64,000 nucleotides of DNA, taken from contig JABLXH010000006.1 of assembly GCA_013178155.1 (NCBI GenBank), positions 37,292 through 101,291 of the forward strand, given 5' to 3'. Position numbers and translations under genes: made by a program. The DNA is from Armatimonadota bacterium (lineage in GTDB: Bacteria > Armatimonadota > Zipacnadia > Zipacnadales > UBA11051). The notes under the pieces were generated by a model. That model had not been told where the DNA came from. It saw only the letters and a list, made by a program, of their open reading frames with translations, and searched no databases. This document shows, in pieces, positions 36,026 through 45,334 of this stretch (positions within the stretch are counted from its first letter, which is position 1; the number at the start of each line of letters is the position of its first letter).

Positions 36026-37063
36026 TCATTCCCCCAGCGGGCCGATGTACTCCTTGGCCACCACGATATCGTCGAACCAGACCTGGCTGACGTGGCCCTC
36101 GGGGGCCCGGGTGATGTAGAAGAGCACCCACAGGAAGTTGAGCTTGAGATCCTCGGTGCTGCGCCAGCGGAAGCCTTCGAAGGGCTCGCCGCCCTCGGCC
36201 ACCTCGAAGGTCTCGCGGTCACCCTTCTCGTCCACCCAGCGAATGCCCTCGCCGCCCTGGCCGATGAGGAAGCGGTCGAAGGTCCACTTGCCCCGCGGGT
36301 AGCCCGGACCCAGGTGGCTCACCAGCTTGCCGTCCTTCCAGAGCGCGATCTCCCCGTTGCGCTCGGTGGCCGGGGTGTTGAGCTTGATCATCACTTCCAG
36401 GCACTGCCACTCTCCGCGCGGGCAGGGCGGCTGGTTCTCCGCGATGAAGCAGTTGCCCCAGGTCTGGCCCCGGGGTGGACTGCCGCGCATCTCCATCCAG
36501 TAGGCATAGTAGTTCCAGGTCCAGGACTCCCCGAAGGGCTCGATGCCGCAGGTGATGCGCTCGTCGCCCCGGGGGCGCTCACCGGCGCCGCCCTGAGGCC
36601 AGGGCGTGGGCGGGTTGTAGCCGCCGACATGGAAGAAGTGATGGATGGGGAAGCAGTTCTGGTCGAACTTGACGTAGAAGCGGTAGAAGAGCTGGTCGTA
36701 GCCCTCGGGCAGGCGCTTGTACAGCGTGCAGCCGGTGCCCTCGCCGCCGACATGGGTCATGTGGACTGACTGTCGCCCGCCGCTGGCTGGCGGGTGGTCG
36801 GTGGAGAGCGCGTTGGTGCCCTGGACGGACTCCCAGCGGGCCAGCATCTCCTCCAAAGACGCCTGCTCGAAGTCCTCGACCAGCACGACCGCCGGATCGT
36901 CGGCGAGGCCGACATCACCGGGATAGCGGGCGGCGAGGCCGGGGCCCTCGGGCAGTTCCGACGGGCTCTCCTGGCAGCCCGCCTGGCGCCATAGTCCCCC
37001 GAAAAGTACCGCAGTGACAAGGGTCACGAGCAGCAACTGGCCTTCGCGCGGCATGGCGAGCAC
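36026..37063 (-). CDS. secreted hypothetical protein, possible polysaccharide lyase or lectin-like
   Basis: Signal peptide MLAMPREGQLLLVTLVTAVLFGGLWRQAGC. Rich in W/Y/G. Confidence 0.4.
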   Translation of the reverse strand: MLAMPREGQLLLVTLVTAVLFGGLWRQAGCQESPSELPEGPGLAARYPGDVGLADDPAVVLVEDFEQASLEEMLARWESVQGTNALSTDHPPASGGRQSVHMTHVGGEGTGCTLYKRLPEGYDQLFYRFYVKFDQNCFPIHHFFHVGGYNPPTPWPQGGAGERPRGDERITCGIEPFGESWTWNYYAYWMEMRGSPPRGQTWGNCFIAENQPPCPRGEWQCLEVMIKLNTPATERNGEIALWKDGKLVSHLGPGYPRGKWTFDRFLIGQGGEGIRWVDEKGDRETFEVAEGGEPFEGFRWRSTEDLKLNFLWVLFYITRAPEGHVSQVWFDDIVVAKEYIGPLGE

Positions 37064-37116
37064 TCTCCCTTCAGGGTTTCTTGCGGTATGTGTGCTGGCC
37101 CGGCGCTTCGGTTCCG

Positions 37117-37875
37117 TCAGCCCAGCAGGCGCGTCGCGTTGCCGTGCAGAATGGCCTCGCGGGCGGTGCCCTCCAGACCGGCCTCCTGGATCTTCAGGAC
37201 TGCGGCTTCCAGGTAGAACAATGGCGCGTGGCTGCCGAAAAGCACGTGGTCCGCGCCGATGGCCTGCACCATGTCGGCCACCCCGGCCACGCCCTCACAG
37301 CGCGAGATGTCCAGATACAGGTTCGTCCCGGCGAACAGCCCACGGAACTGCTGGGCGAACTGCCAGGTCTGGCCGCAGATGACCATTGGAAGGTCCGGGA
37401 AGCGCTCGACAACCTGCGGCAGGCCCGCGAAGCCCACCGGCGGCACGAGCATGTGCCAGTGGTGCAGGCGCTCGTCCTGGACCCTGGCATAGATGGCCAC
37501 CGGCCAATGGAGGGCCTTGACCGCGCCCAGCAGGTCGCCGAGGCGCGGGTCCGCCAGGTCGTAGGCGTGGTAGTTGGGGTACAGACGGACGCCCACGAAG
37601 CCCGCCTGCTCGGCTTCCTGCAGGTCCTCTTCCCAACCCGGGAAGGCCGGATTGACGACCGCCCAGGGGACGAGGCGGTCCTCGTGGCCGCTGATGCGCT
37701 CCAGAAGCTGCTCGTTAGCCGCCGCCATGTCGCGGTAGAAGATGCCCTCGACCGCGCCCACCCAGGCCTGGGTGATGCCCAAGCCGTCCATCAGGCCGAG
37801 CAACCCCGCGGCATCGCTGTGGCGCAGGCGGCGGAAGGGCCAGGGGCCCAGGGTGCAGTTGCTGTCAATGATCAT
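37117..37875 (-). CDS. amidohydrolase-2 family metal-dependent TIM-barrel hydrolase
   Basis: The product begins MIIDSNCTLGPW and runs 252 aa, with HxH-type metal-site residues, and is typical of PF04909-like hydrolases. Confidence 0.5.
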   Translation of the reverse strand: MIIDSNCTLGPWPFRRLRHSDAAGLLGLMDGLGITQAWVGAVEGIFYRDMAAANEQLLERISGHEDRLVPWAVVNPAFPGWEEDLQEAEQAGFVGVRLYPNYHAYDLADPRLGDLLGAVKALHWPVAIYARVQDERLHHWHMLVPPVGFAGLPQVVERFPDLPMVICGQTWQFAQQFRGLFAGTNLYLDISRCEGVAGVADMVQAIGADHVLFGSHAPLFYLEAAVLKIQEAGLEGTAREAILHGNATRLLG

Positions 37876-38627
37876 GCGGGCATCAGCCTCTCGAGGTTGT
37901 CGCCCAGGATCAGGCGCTTCTGGTCATCCGTGATGTCGGCCCCGGTCACCTTGGCCAGTTGCGAGGCGAAGCTGCGTCCCGTGGCGTCGGAGCCGAAGAC
38001 CAGACGCTCGGCGCCGACCAGGGCGACGGCCAGCTCCGTGAAACCGGCTTCGGGGTCGTTGCCGCAGGTGTCGGGGTAGATGTGGGGCACATGGCGAACC
38101 GTGCGCAGGCCGCGTTCCCAGTCGCCCCCGGCGTGGGCCATGATGAAGTTAACATCCGGATGCCGCCGAGCCAGCGTGACCAGGTGGTCGGGAGTGGACT
38201 CCGTGGGCATGTTGCCGGTCACCTTGACCCAGGTGTGGGCCAGGACGGGGAGGCCCAACTGCGCCGCGCGACGGCAGATGGCATCATTGCCGGCGTGGTC
38301 GGCCAACTGGCACACCCAGAGCTTGATGCCACGAAAGCCCCCACGGACAGCATATTCCTCGATAAGCTCCAGAGACAGCTCCGGGTGGTTGGGGCTGCAG
38401 TAGACAAAGCCGATGAAGCGGTCTGGCGCCAGGGCCACCGTGCTGGCGACCCAGGCGTTTTGTTCCCGCAGCTCGGTGGCGTTCGGCTGAACGATCAGCC
38501 GGTCCCCGAGACTGACGCAGGCCTTGTCAATGCCGAGACGGTCCATGGCCGCCAGGGTCCTTCTTGCGGCCTGAGCCTGCGTCTCGCCAGGGTGGGGCAT
38601 GAGGTGGATGTGGCAGTCTATGACCAC
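37872..38627 (-). CDS. amidohydrolase-2 family metal-dependent hydrolase (paralog)
   Basis: Trimmed to a GTG preceded by AAGGAG 8 nt upstream, giving (M)VIDCHIHLMPHPGE... The track extension to 38765 would overrun the divergent vapB promoter. Confidence 0.5.
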   Translation of the reverse strand: MVIDCHIHLMPHPGETQAQAARRTLAAMDRLGIDKACVSLGDRLIVQPNATELREQNAWVASTVALAPDRFIGFVYCSPNHPELSLELIEEYAVRGGFRGIKLWVCQLADHAGNDAICRRAAQLGLPVLAHTWVKVTGNMPTESTPDHLVTLARRHPDVNFIMAHAGGDWERGLRTVRHVPHIYPDTCGNDPEAGFTELAVALVGAERLVFGSDATGRSFASQLAKVTGADITDDQKRLILGDNLERLMPA

Positions 38628-38696
38628 GGCGAAGGCTCCTTGGGGGATTCTGGTGGAGGTGCCTTCGACGTGGCCCTGTGATGTCCTGCGTCGGGG

Positions 38697-38726
38697 TTGA
38701 CAGTACCGGGTCCAGACAAGTATGCT
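38697..38726 (+). promoter_or_regulatory. sigma70-like promoter for vapBC (-35 TTGACA, 18-nt spacer, -10 TATGCT)
   Basis: Read directly in a locally AT-richer stretch. Followed by AGGAGG at 38743-38748 and ATG at 38757. Confidence 0.35.
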
Positions 38727-38756
38727 TAATTGAGTATGGAGTAGGAGGTATGGAGT

Positions 38757-39029
38757 ATGGAACAAAAAGTACGCGAGCGCGAGAAGGCCAAGGACGGCGA
38801 GCGCGTCTACCGGGTCAAAGTGGGAGAGCGGGGTCAGATCACCATTCCGAAGGCCTTGCGCGACCGGTACGGGCTGAAGAAGGGGGTGGAGGTGGAGGTC
38901 GCCGGCGACCGCAGTGTCTTGCGCGTGCGGCGCGCAGCAGACATCCGCGAGGCCGTGGCGGCTCTCACAGGCACCGTAGTGCTCGACGTGACGGTGGACG
39001 AGTTCATCGAGGAGACCCGCGGCCGATGA
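38757..39029 (+). CDS. vapB: AbrB/SpoVT-MazE-type antitoxin
   Basis: RGQITIPKALRDRYGLKKGVEVEV is a swapped-hairpin beta-barrel DNA-binding motif. 90 aa. The stop overlaps the next start (ATGA). Confidence 0.6.
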   Translation: MEQKVREREKAKDGERVYRVKVGERGQITIPKALRDRYGLKKGVEVEVAGDRSVLRVRRAADIREAVAALTGTVVLDVTVDEFIEETRGR

Positions 39030-39445
39030 CTACCGCAGTAGATGCCTGCGTCATCATGGACATACTCGCGGGCAAAGGGCCCTACGCGGCATCATCCAGC
39101 GCAGCGCTCATAGCCGCCGCCGAAGAGAGCCTGCTGATCATTTCAGAGGTGGTGTATGCGGAACTGGCGGCCTTCGTGCGCGACCATGACCGCCTCGAAG
39201 CCGCACTGGACCGGCTGACCATCGAGGTCGTTCCTTTGGGGAGCGAAGCAGCTTTCCGCGCAGGGATGCTCTTTGCGGCCTACCGCACACGCGGTGGACC
39301 GCGTGAAAGGGTCGTGGCCGATTTCCTCATCGGCGCTCACGCGCAGGCACACGCTGATCGCCTCCTCACCCGTGACCGCGGCTTCTACCGCGAGTACTTC
39401 GCTGACTTGCCGATCATGGACGCGGCCGCCGAGGCCGAGCGATGA
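39026..39445 (+). CDS. vapC: PIN-domain toxin VapC
   Basis: MTTAVDACVIMDIL (first acidic residue). 139 aa. The start overlaps the vapB stop. Confidence 0.65.
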   Translation: MTTAVDACVIMDILAGKGPYAASSSAALIAAAEESLLIISEVVYAELAAFVRDHDRLEAALDRLTIEVVPLGSEAAFRAGMLFAAYRTRGGPRERVVADFLIGAHAQAHADRLLTRDRGFYREYFADLPIMDAAAEAER

Positions 39446-40959
39446 TCCACGCGCATACCAACTTCCCGGGCGGCTCAGTACGCGACCTGCGGGTCGAAGG
39501 TGGGGTGATCCGCTTCGCGGCGGTGCGGCACGAGTCGGTTTACTCCATGTGGTGGCAGTTTGCCCTGAACGGTCCGGGCGGGCCAGTGCGCTGTATCTGG
39601 GAGAGCACCGACGAGGTACTCGGGAGCGACGGGTTGGACCTCGTGGTACCTGTCTACACCACCGCCGGCGGCAGTTGGCGACGGGTTGACCCCCGTACCT
39701 GCTACCACAACCCCAGGGTCCGCGAGTTCGGCTTCATGGTTCCCACGGCGGCCGGCGAGACCAGGGTGGCTTACTGCTACCCCTACGACTGGGACCGGGT
39801 GGAAGCCTTCATCGCCGACGTCGCGCAACAGCCTGGGGTGACGGTCCGGGAGGTCGGCAAGTCCGAAGGCGGACGGCCATTCCGCGTGCTGAAGCTGGGA
39901 CAAGGCGAGCGCCATCTCTGGCTGACGGCCCGGCACCATGCCGGGGAAACGCCCGGAGCATACGTCCTGGAGGGGGCGGTCCGCGAGCTCCTGCAACATC
40001 CGCGCTGGCTGGCGAGTATGACCATGCATGCCGCTCCGGCGATGGACGTGGACGGAGTGGCTGAAGGGTGGTACGGCAAGGAGCGGGAGCCCCGGGATTT
40101 CAACCGCGACTACTGTGCGCGGCCTTGCCGGCCCGAGGTGCGAGCCCTGATGGCATACGCCGAAGGGATAGGCAAGGCCGACCTGATACTGGACTTGCAC
40201 GCCCCGGCGCCACCAGACTTCAGCTTCCTGGTCCCCGTGAAGGAATCGAGTCTCAGCTTGCAGGAATGGGTCGCAACGTGGGAGTTTGGGCGGATGCTAG
40301 ACGCCCTGGCGCCGCGAAGCTGCCCCGTCCGCGTGATGGATGCCCAGCCCGGCGCTATGAACTGGTCGGGCGAGACCATGGGCCAGACGTCCACGGGCTG
40401 GTTCCACCGCCGGTTTGGCGCCATTGCGGCCACTCTCGAGACCACCTACCATCACAGCCACGACGGCCGCCTGGTCACCCCCCGGGGATGGCTGGCCCTG
40501 GGCAAGGCGGTGGCACACGCGGCAGCGGCGCAATCTGGCTTGCGCTCCCGGCCTGACGTGGCGGACATCGAGCTGCCGCGGTCGCGAGTGCCGCGGTTTG
40601 CCCACTGGCAGTGCGTCCACTGGCCGCAAGGCGTTACGCTCCACGAGGAGGGCCAGTGGCTGGAGGCGCGATCGCCCAATCCGGACGGCTATGCCTGGGT
40701 GTTCAGTCCCAGAGTCCTGGCCGCCGAGGCGGCCCGGTTCCGCTACGAGTACGCCGGGCCCGGCGGGGCGTTGGCGGTGCACGCGCGGGGCTATGACCCG
40801 GACCGAGACCTGTCCACCGGCGACACTTCCCTGACGACGCTTGAACTGCGGCCTACACGCCGCCCGCGAACCGTGACTGTTGCCTCCCCTGATCCGTGGT
40901 GCCAGCTATTCTTCCGCATGAAGCACCTGCGTGGCACGCTGCGACTGGCGGTGGGCTAA
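39442..40959 (+). CDS. M14-family zinc carboxypeptidase-like protein
   Basis: TARHHAGETPG fits the M14 HxxE zinc motif. 505 aa. The start ATG overlaps the vapC stop (ATGA). Confidence 0.5.
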   Translation: MIHAHTNFPGGSVRDLRVEGGVIRFAAVRHESVYSMWWQFALNGPGGPVRCIWESTDEVLGSDGLDLVVPVYTTAGGSWRRVDPRTCYHNPRVREFGFMVPTAAGETRVAYCYPYDWDRVEAFIADVAQQPGVTVREVGKSEGGRPFRVLKLGQGERHLWLTARHHAGETPGAYVLEGAVRELLQHPRWLASMTMHAAPAMDVDGVAEGWYGKEREPRDFNRDYCARPCRPEVRALMAYAEGIGKADLILDLHAPAPPDFSFLVPVKESSLSLQEWVATWEFGRMLDALAPRSCPVRVMDAQPGAMNWSGETMGQTSTGWFHRRFGAIAATLETTYHHSHDGRLVTPRGWLALGKAVAHAAAAQSGLRSRPDVADIELPRSRVPRFAHWQCVHWPQGVTLHEEGQWLEARSPNPDGYAWVFSPRVLAAEAARFRYEYAGPGGALAVHARGYDPDRDLSTGDTSLTTLELRPTRRPRTVTVASPDPWCQLFFRMKHLRGTLRLAVG

Positions 40960-40967
40960 CGCTGTTT

Positions 40968-40989
40968 CCGGCAGGACATGCTGCGCCGG
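40968..40989 (+). terminator. weak hairpin (ccggcag / ctgcgccgg) 9 nt after the M14 stop
   Basis: Read directly. The stem is imperfect and has no U-tract. Confidence 0.2.
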
Positions 40990-41057
40990 CCAGCGAAAGT
41001 TGGTTCGGCAACCGGGCATCGGTCCCGCGCAGGTGACGTGACAGAGGAGGAGCCACC

Positions 41058-41384
41058 ATGGACCTGGCAGACCGGGCGATCGAGGCCATTAGCGCCGACA
41101 GTCAGCCACTGGACGCGAGACAGTCGCAGCGACTGGCGGCGGAGGTCCCGCACTGGACTGTGGGCGAGAAGGTCATGGAGCGGCAACTGAAGTTTCGGGA
41201 CTTCCTGGCGGCGATGGATTTCGTCAACCGGGTGGCCGAGCTGGCGGAGGCAGCCAATCACCATCCGGACATCTGGATCTCGTGGAACAGGGTGAAGCTG
41301 GAGCTGTCCACCCACAAGATCGGCGGTCTCTCGATGAATGACTTCATCCTCGCGGCGCGCATAGACCGCCTGGTGGGGAACTGA
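41058..41384 (+). CDS. phhB: pterin-4a-carbinolamine dehydratase (PCD/DCoH)
   Basis: ANHHPDIWISWNRVKLELSTH is the PCD signature. RBS GAGGAGGAG upstream. Confidence 0.75.
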   Translation: MDLADRAIEAISADSQPLDARQSQRLAAEVPHWTVGEKVMERQLKFRDFLAAMDFVNRVAELAEAANHHPDIWISWNRVKLELSTHKIGGLSMNDFILAARIDRLVGN

Positions 41385-41393
41385 GGCCTGGAC

Positions 41394-42131
41394 ATGTGCG
41401 CCTTTGCGCTGAGGGGCAAGACGGCGCTGGTCACGGGCGCGGCCAAGCGCCTGGGCCGGGCCTGTGCCCTGTCGCTGGCCGAGGCTGGCGCCAACGTGGT
41501 GGTGCACTACAATCGCTCAGCGGCGGAGGCAGAGGCGCTCTGCGCGGACCTGACGCGCTACGGTGTCCGCGCCTGGCCCCTGCCGGGTGACCTGGCCCGA
41601 CCGGAGGAGGCGGAGGGCCTGCTGCCACGGGCCAGGGCCCTGGCGGGACCGGTGCAGGTGCTGGTTAACAATGCCTCCATCTTTGACCCCAGCCGCCTCG
41701 AAGACGTCAGCTTTGACCAGGTCACAGAGAACGCGGCCGTCAACGCGTGGGCCCCGTTTGCGCTCAGCCGCGCCTTCGCCGCTCAAGGGTTGCCCGGACG
41801 CATCGTCAACTTCCTCGACACCCGTGTTGATGGCTACGACTGGCCGCATGTGGCCTACATCCTCAGCAAGCACCTGCTGGCCGCCCTGACCCGCATGACG
41901 GCGCTGGAGTACGCGCCGGACATCACGGTGAACGCCGTGGCGCCGGGGCTGGTGCTGCCTCCCCCGGGCGAGGATGACAGCTACCTCGACCGGCTGACCG
42001 GCAGTGTGCCGTTGCAGCGCCACGGGACGGAGGCCGACATCGCGCGGACCGTCATGTTCCTCCTGCAGAGTGACTTCATCACCGGCGAGGTAATCCACGT
42101 GGACGGCGGAGTTCACCTGAGGAGGGGTTAG
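41394..42131 (+). CDS. folM: SDR-family pteridine reductase (FolM/PTR1-like)
   Basis: TGAAKRLG cofactor motif and YILSK catalytic motif. Sits between PCD and folB. Confidence 0.55.
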   Translation: MCAFALRGKTALVTGAAKRLGRACALSLAEAGANVVVHYNRSAAEAEALCADLTRYGVRAWPLPGDLARPEEAEGLLPRARALAGPVQVLVNNASIFDPSRLEDVSFDQVTENAAVNAWAPFALSRAFAAQGLPGRIVNFLDTRVDGYDWPHVAYILSKHLLAALTRMTALEYAPDITVNAVAPGLVLPPPGEDDSYLDRLTGSVPLQRHGTEADIARTVMFLLQSDFITGEVIHVDGGVHLRRG

Positions 42132-42132
42132 A

Positions 42133-42489
42133 TTGGACTATGTGCTGATCGAGGAACTGCTGGTCCGGTGCATCATTGGAGTGAATGAGGACGAGCGGCG
42201 GGAGAAGCAGGATGTGCTCATAGACATCGCCCTCGGGCACGATTCCCGGCGCGCCGGACAGACGGACGACTTCGCCGAGGCCCTAGACTACCGGGCCATC
42301 AAGAAACGGGTTCTGGCCATGGCCGAGGCCTCGGAGTTCTTCCTGGTGGAGGCCCTGGCCGAGAGGATCGCGGCGATCTGCCTGGAGAACCCGTTGGTGC
42401 TGGAGGCGCAGGTGACGGTGCGCAAGCCGTCGGCCCTGCGTTTCGCGCGGAATGTGGGTATTCGCATCACCCGGAGCCGCGCGGCATGA
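42133..42489 (+). CDS. folB: dihydroneopterin aldolase
   Basis: TTG start with GGAGGGG 5 nt upstream. Conserved GV.E.ER and the expected fold length. Confidence 0.7.
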   Translation: MDYVLIEELLVRCIIGVNEDERREKQDVLIDIALGHDSRRAGQTDDFAEALDYRAIKKRVLAMAEASEFFLVEALAERIAAICLENPLVLEAQVTVRKPSALRFARNVGIRITRSRAA

Positions 42490-43022
42490 AGCCTCCGCGG
42501 GTACTGGTCGTCTTTGGCTCCAACCTGGCCCCGGAGCGCAACGTGCGGGCAGCGGTAGAGGCCCTGCATCGAGACGTGGGGGTCGTGGCGCTGTCCACGG
42601 TCTACCGCACCGCTGCGCTAGGCCGGCCGGAGCAGCCGCCCTTCTACAATGGAGCGCTGGAGCTGGATACGGATCTACCGCCGCGCGTCCTGAAGTACGG
42701 GGTGCTGCGGCCACTGGAGGTGGCGCTGGGGCGGGTGCGCACGGCTGACAGGTATGCCGCCCGGACCATTGACCTGGACCTGGCGCTGTATGGCGACCTG
42801 GTCGCTGCGACGGACGACCTCGTCCTGCCTGACCCTGACATCGCTACCCGCCCATTCCTGGCCGTGCCCCTGGCCGAGATCGCGCCGGACCTGCCCGTAC
42901 CCGGGACGGGACAGACACTCTCACAGATTGCGGCAGAGTTCGCGGGGGCCGGCCTGGAGCCGCTGGTGGACTATACCCGGGATTTGAGGAGGGCTATCGG
43001 CCATGAACCATGCCCGTGTTGA
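42486..43022 (+). CDS. folK: 6-hydroxymethyl-7,8-dihydropterin pyrophosphokinase
   Basis: [16 protein letters not shown] motif. ATGA overlap with folB. Confidence 0.75.
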   Translation: MKPPRVLVVFGSNLAPERNVRAAVEALHRDVGVVALSTVYRTAALGRPEQPPFYNGALELDTDLPPRVLKYGVLRPLEVALGRVRTADRYAARTIDLDLALYGDLVAATDDLVLPDPDIATRPFLAVPLAEIAPDLPVPGTGQTLSQIAAEFAGAGLEPLVDYTRDLRRAIGHEPCPC

Positions 43023-43578
43023 GGCTCTGATTCGAGAACTGCTGGTCGAGCTGGGCGAGGACCCCGATCGCGAGGGTCTGCTGAAGACGCCGGCGAGAGT
43101 CGCGCGAGCCTTCGAGTTCCTGACCTCCGGGTACCGCATGGACCCGGAGGTGGTCATTAATCAGGCGGTGTTCACCCAGGACACCAACAACATGATCATC
43201 GTGCGCGACGTAGAGCTGTACAGTATGTGCGAGCATCACATGCTGCCTTTCTACGGCCGGGCCCACGTGGGGTACATCGCCTCAGGGAAAGTGTTCGGGC
43301 TCAGCAAGATCGCGCGCCTGGTTGACATGTATGCCCGTCGCCTGCAAATCCAGGAACGCCTGACGGAGCAAATCGCCCGGGCCATCATGGACAACATCGG
43401 CGCCGAGGGAGTTGGCGTCATCATCGAGGCCCGCCACCTCTGCATGATGATGCGAGGGGTGGAGAAACAGAACTCGATGATGACGACGTCGTCGGTGCTG
43501 GGGAGCTTTCACGACGACCCGGCCACGCGGGCTGAGTTCCTGACACTGGTCAACCGCCTGCGACCTGGCGAGATGTAG
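43003..43578 (+). CDS. folE: GTP cyclohydrolase I
   Basis: [10 protein letters not shown] zinc-site motif and [13 protein letters not shown]. Overlaps the folK end by 20 nt. Confidence 0.85.
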   Translation: MNHARVEALIRELLVELGEDPDREGLLKTPARVARAFEFLTSGYRMDPEVVINQAVFTQDTNNMIIVRDVELYSMCEHHMLPFYGRAHVGYIASGKVFGLSKIARLVDMYARRLQIQERLTEQIARAIMDNIGAEGVGVIIEARHLCMMMRGVEKQNSMMTTSSVLGSFHDDPATRAEFLTLVNRLRPGEM

Positions 43579-43584
43579 ACCGCT

Positions 43585-45312
43585 CTACTGGGCCAAGGGC
43601 TTCAGCACCACCGACCGCAGGTTCATCACGGCCAGGTTGGGCTTCGTGAGTGCCCGCACACAGGCTCGGACCAGGCCGGTCTGGGTCAGGCGTATGGGCC
43701 CGAGCTCGACGGTCTCGTAGTTGCGCCACCCGCCGGTCTCGGCCACCTTGCCAACCACGGCCTGGTCATCCACGACCACCACATAGGTGCTGCCCCCGCT
43801 CCCGACGTCGCAGGCCAGGTTGACCGTGACCATGTAGTCCCCCGGCTTGTCCACTCGCACCTGCCACTGCAGCATGTCATTGACGTTCACCCAGTAGCCC
43901 ACATTGAGCTCCTGGTCGCCCTCGAGGCGAACGCTCTCGCCGATGATGTCGGCATCGGCGGCTGAGAGGGTGATGGTGCCATCAGCAGCCTGGGTGACGC
44001 TGGTGGCCAGTGGCACCGGTTCGCCCTCGATTTCGCCTACCACCACCGTCGCCGCGGGATCGGGCGCTGTCGGCGGAAGCAAGATGGTGACGCCCCGCTC
44101 GTCGGCACTAGTGGCCAGGGCCTGGTCCGGGGCAGTCAGCAAGTAGGCCCTGGTGACCGTGTTGCCCACAGGAACCAGGAGCTTGCCGTCCTGGGGCCAG
44201 GAGAAGACGTGGAGGTACAGTTTGCCGGGTTTCTGTGTGCAGCGCCCCCAGGCGAGCTTCTTGAAGGGGCTGGCGCTGGTGGCGTAGATGGCCTCACCGT
44301 TGGCCTGCAGCCATTTGCCGACCGCGGCCAGCCGCTCCACGCTCGGCTCGGGGATGACGCCCTCGGCCGTCGGACCGACATTGAGCAGGTAGTTGCCGCC
44401 CTTGCTGGCGATGTCTATGAGGTTGCGGATAAGCGTCTGCGGTGACTTCCAGTTGTTGTCGTATGACTTGTACCCCCAGGTGTCGTTCATGGTCATGCAA
44501 GTCTCCCAGTCGCGGCCAGGGGTGCCGGTGGCCGGGATGGTCTGCTCGGGGGTCTCCGTATCGCCCTCGTAGCCGCCGCCGAGGCGGTTGTTGGTGATGA
44601 TCTGCGGCTGCAGGGAGAGCAGCGGGCGCAGCATGTCGGCGCGCTCGCGGGTCATGTCCACCGGTGTGTCCCACCACAGAACCCCCAGGGGGCCGTAGTT
44701 GGTGAGCAACTCGCGCACCTTGGGGACGGCGATGTCGCGGAGGTAGTCGTCCATGCTGCCGTCCTGGGCCGGGTCCCAGTGCCCGCCCGCCGCCGCACCT
44801 CCCGGATGATGCCAGTCCTGGGCCTGCGAATAGTAGAAGCCCAGCTTCAGTCCCGCCCGCTGACAGGCGTCGGCCAGCTCGCGCAGCGGGTCGCGTTTGA
44901 ACGGCGTGGCATCGTAGATGTTGAAGGGTGTTGCCTGGGACCGGAACATCGCGAAGCCGTCGTGGTGTTTGCTGGTGATGACGATGTACTTCATCCCGGC
45001 ATTCTTGGCGATGGCAACCCACTGGTCGGCATCGAACTTCACCGGGTTGAACTGGCCGGCCAGAGCGGCATACTCGGCGACCGGAATCTTCGCTGTGTTC
45101 ATGATCCACTCGCCAATACCGCCGATCTGCTGGCCCTTCCAGGTGCCGGCCGGCACGGCGTACAGACCCCAGTGGATGAACATCCCAAAGCGCGCCTCGC
45201 GCCACCACTTCATCCGCGCATCGCGCTGCTCCGGGGTTTCAGTCTGGGCCAGCGCCACGCCGGCAACGAACAGCAGCCCGACCACCAGGAGCGTACTACG
45301 CATCGCCAACAC
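43585..45312 (-). CDS. secreted alpha-L-fucosidase (GH29) with a C-terminal beta-sandwich/CBM-like domain
   Basis: FGMFIHWGLYAVP ... HHDGFAMF are GH29 signatures. Signal peptide present. Confidence 0.7.
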   Translation of the reverse strand: MLAMRSTLLVVGLLFVAGVALAQTETPEQRDARMKWWREARFGMFIHWGLYAVPAGTWKGQQIGGIGEWIMNTAKIPVAEYAALAGQFNPVKFDADQWVAIAKNAGMKYIVITSKHHDGFAMFRSQATPFNIYDATPFKRDPLRELADACQRAGLKLGFYYSQAQDWHHPGGAAAGGHWDPAQDGSMDDYLRDIAVPKVRELLTNYGPLGVLWWDTPVDMTRERADMLRPLLSLQPQIITNNRLGGGYEGDTETPEQTIPATGTPGRDWETCMTMNDTWGYKSYDNNWKSPQTLIRNLIDIASKGGNYLLNVGPTAEGVIPEPSVERLAAVGKWLQANGEAIYATSASPFKKLAWGRCTQKPGKLYLHVFSWPQDGKLLVPVGNTVTRAYLLTAPDQALATSADERGVTILLPPTAPDPAATVVVGEIEGEPVPLATSVTQAADGTITLSAADADIIGESVRLEGDQELNVGYWVNVNDMLQWQVRVDKPGDYMVTVNLACDVGSGGSTYVVVVDDQAVVGKVAETGGWRNYETVELGPIRLTQTGLVRACVRALTKPNLAVMNLRSVVLKPLAQ

Positions 45313-45334
45313 CTCGTCTCTTGTGTGGTCACGG

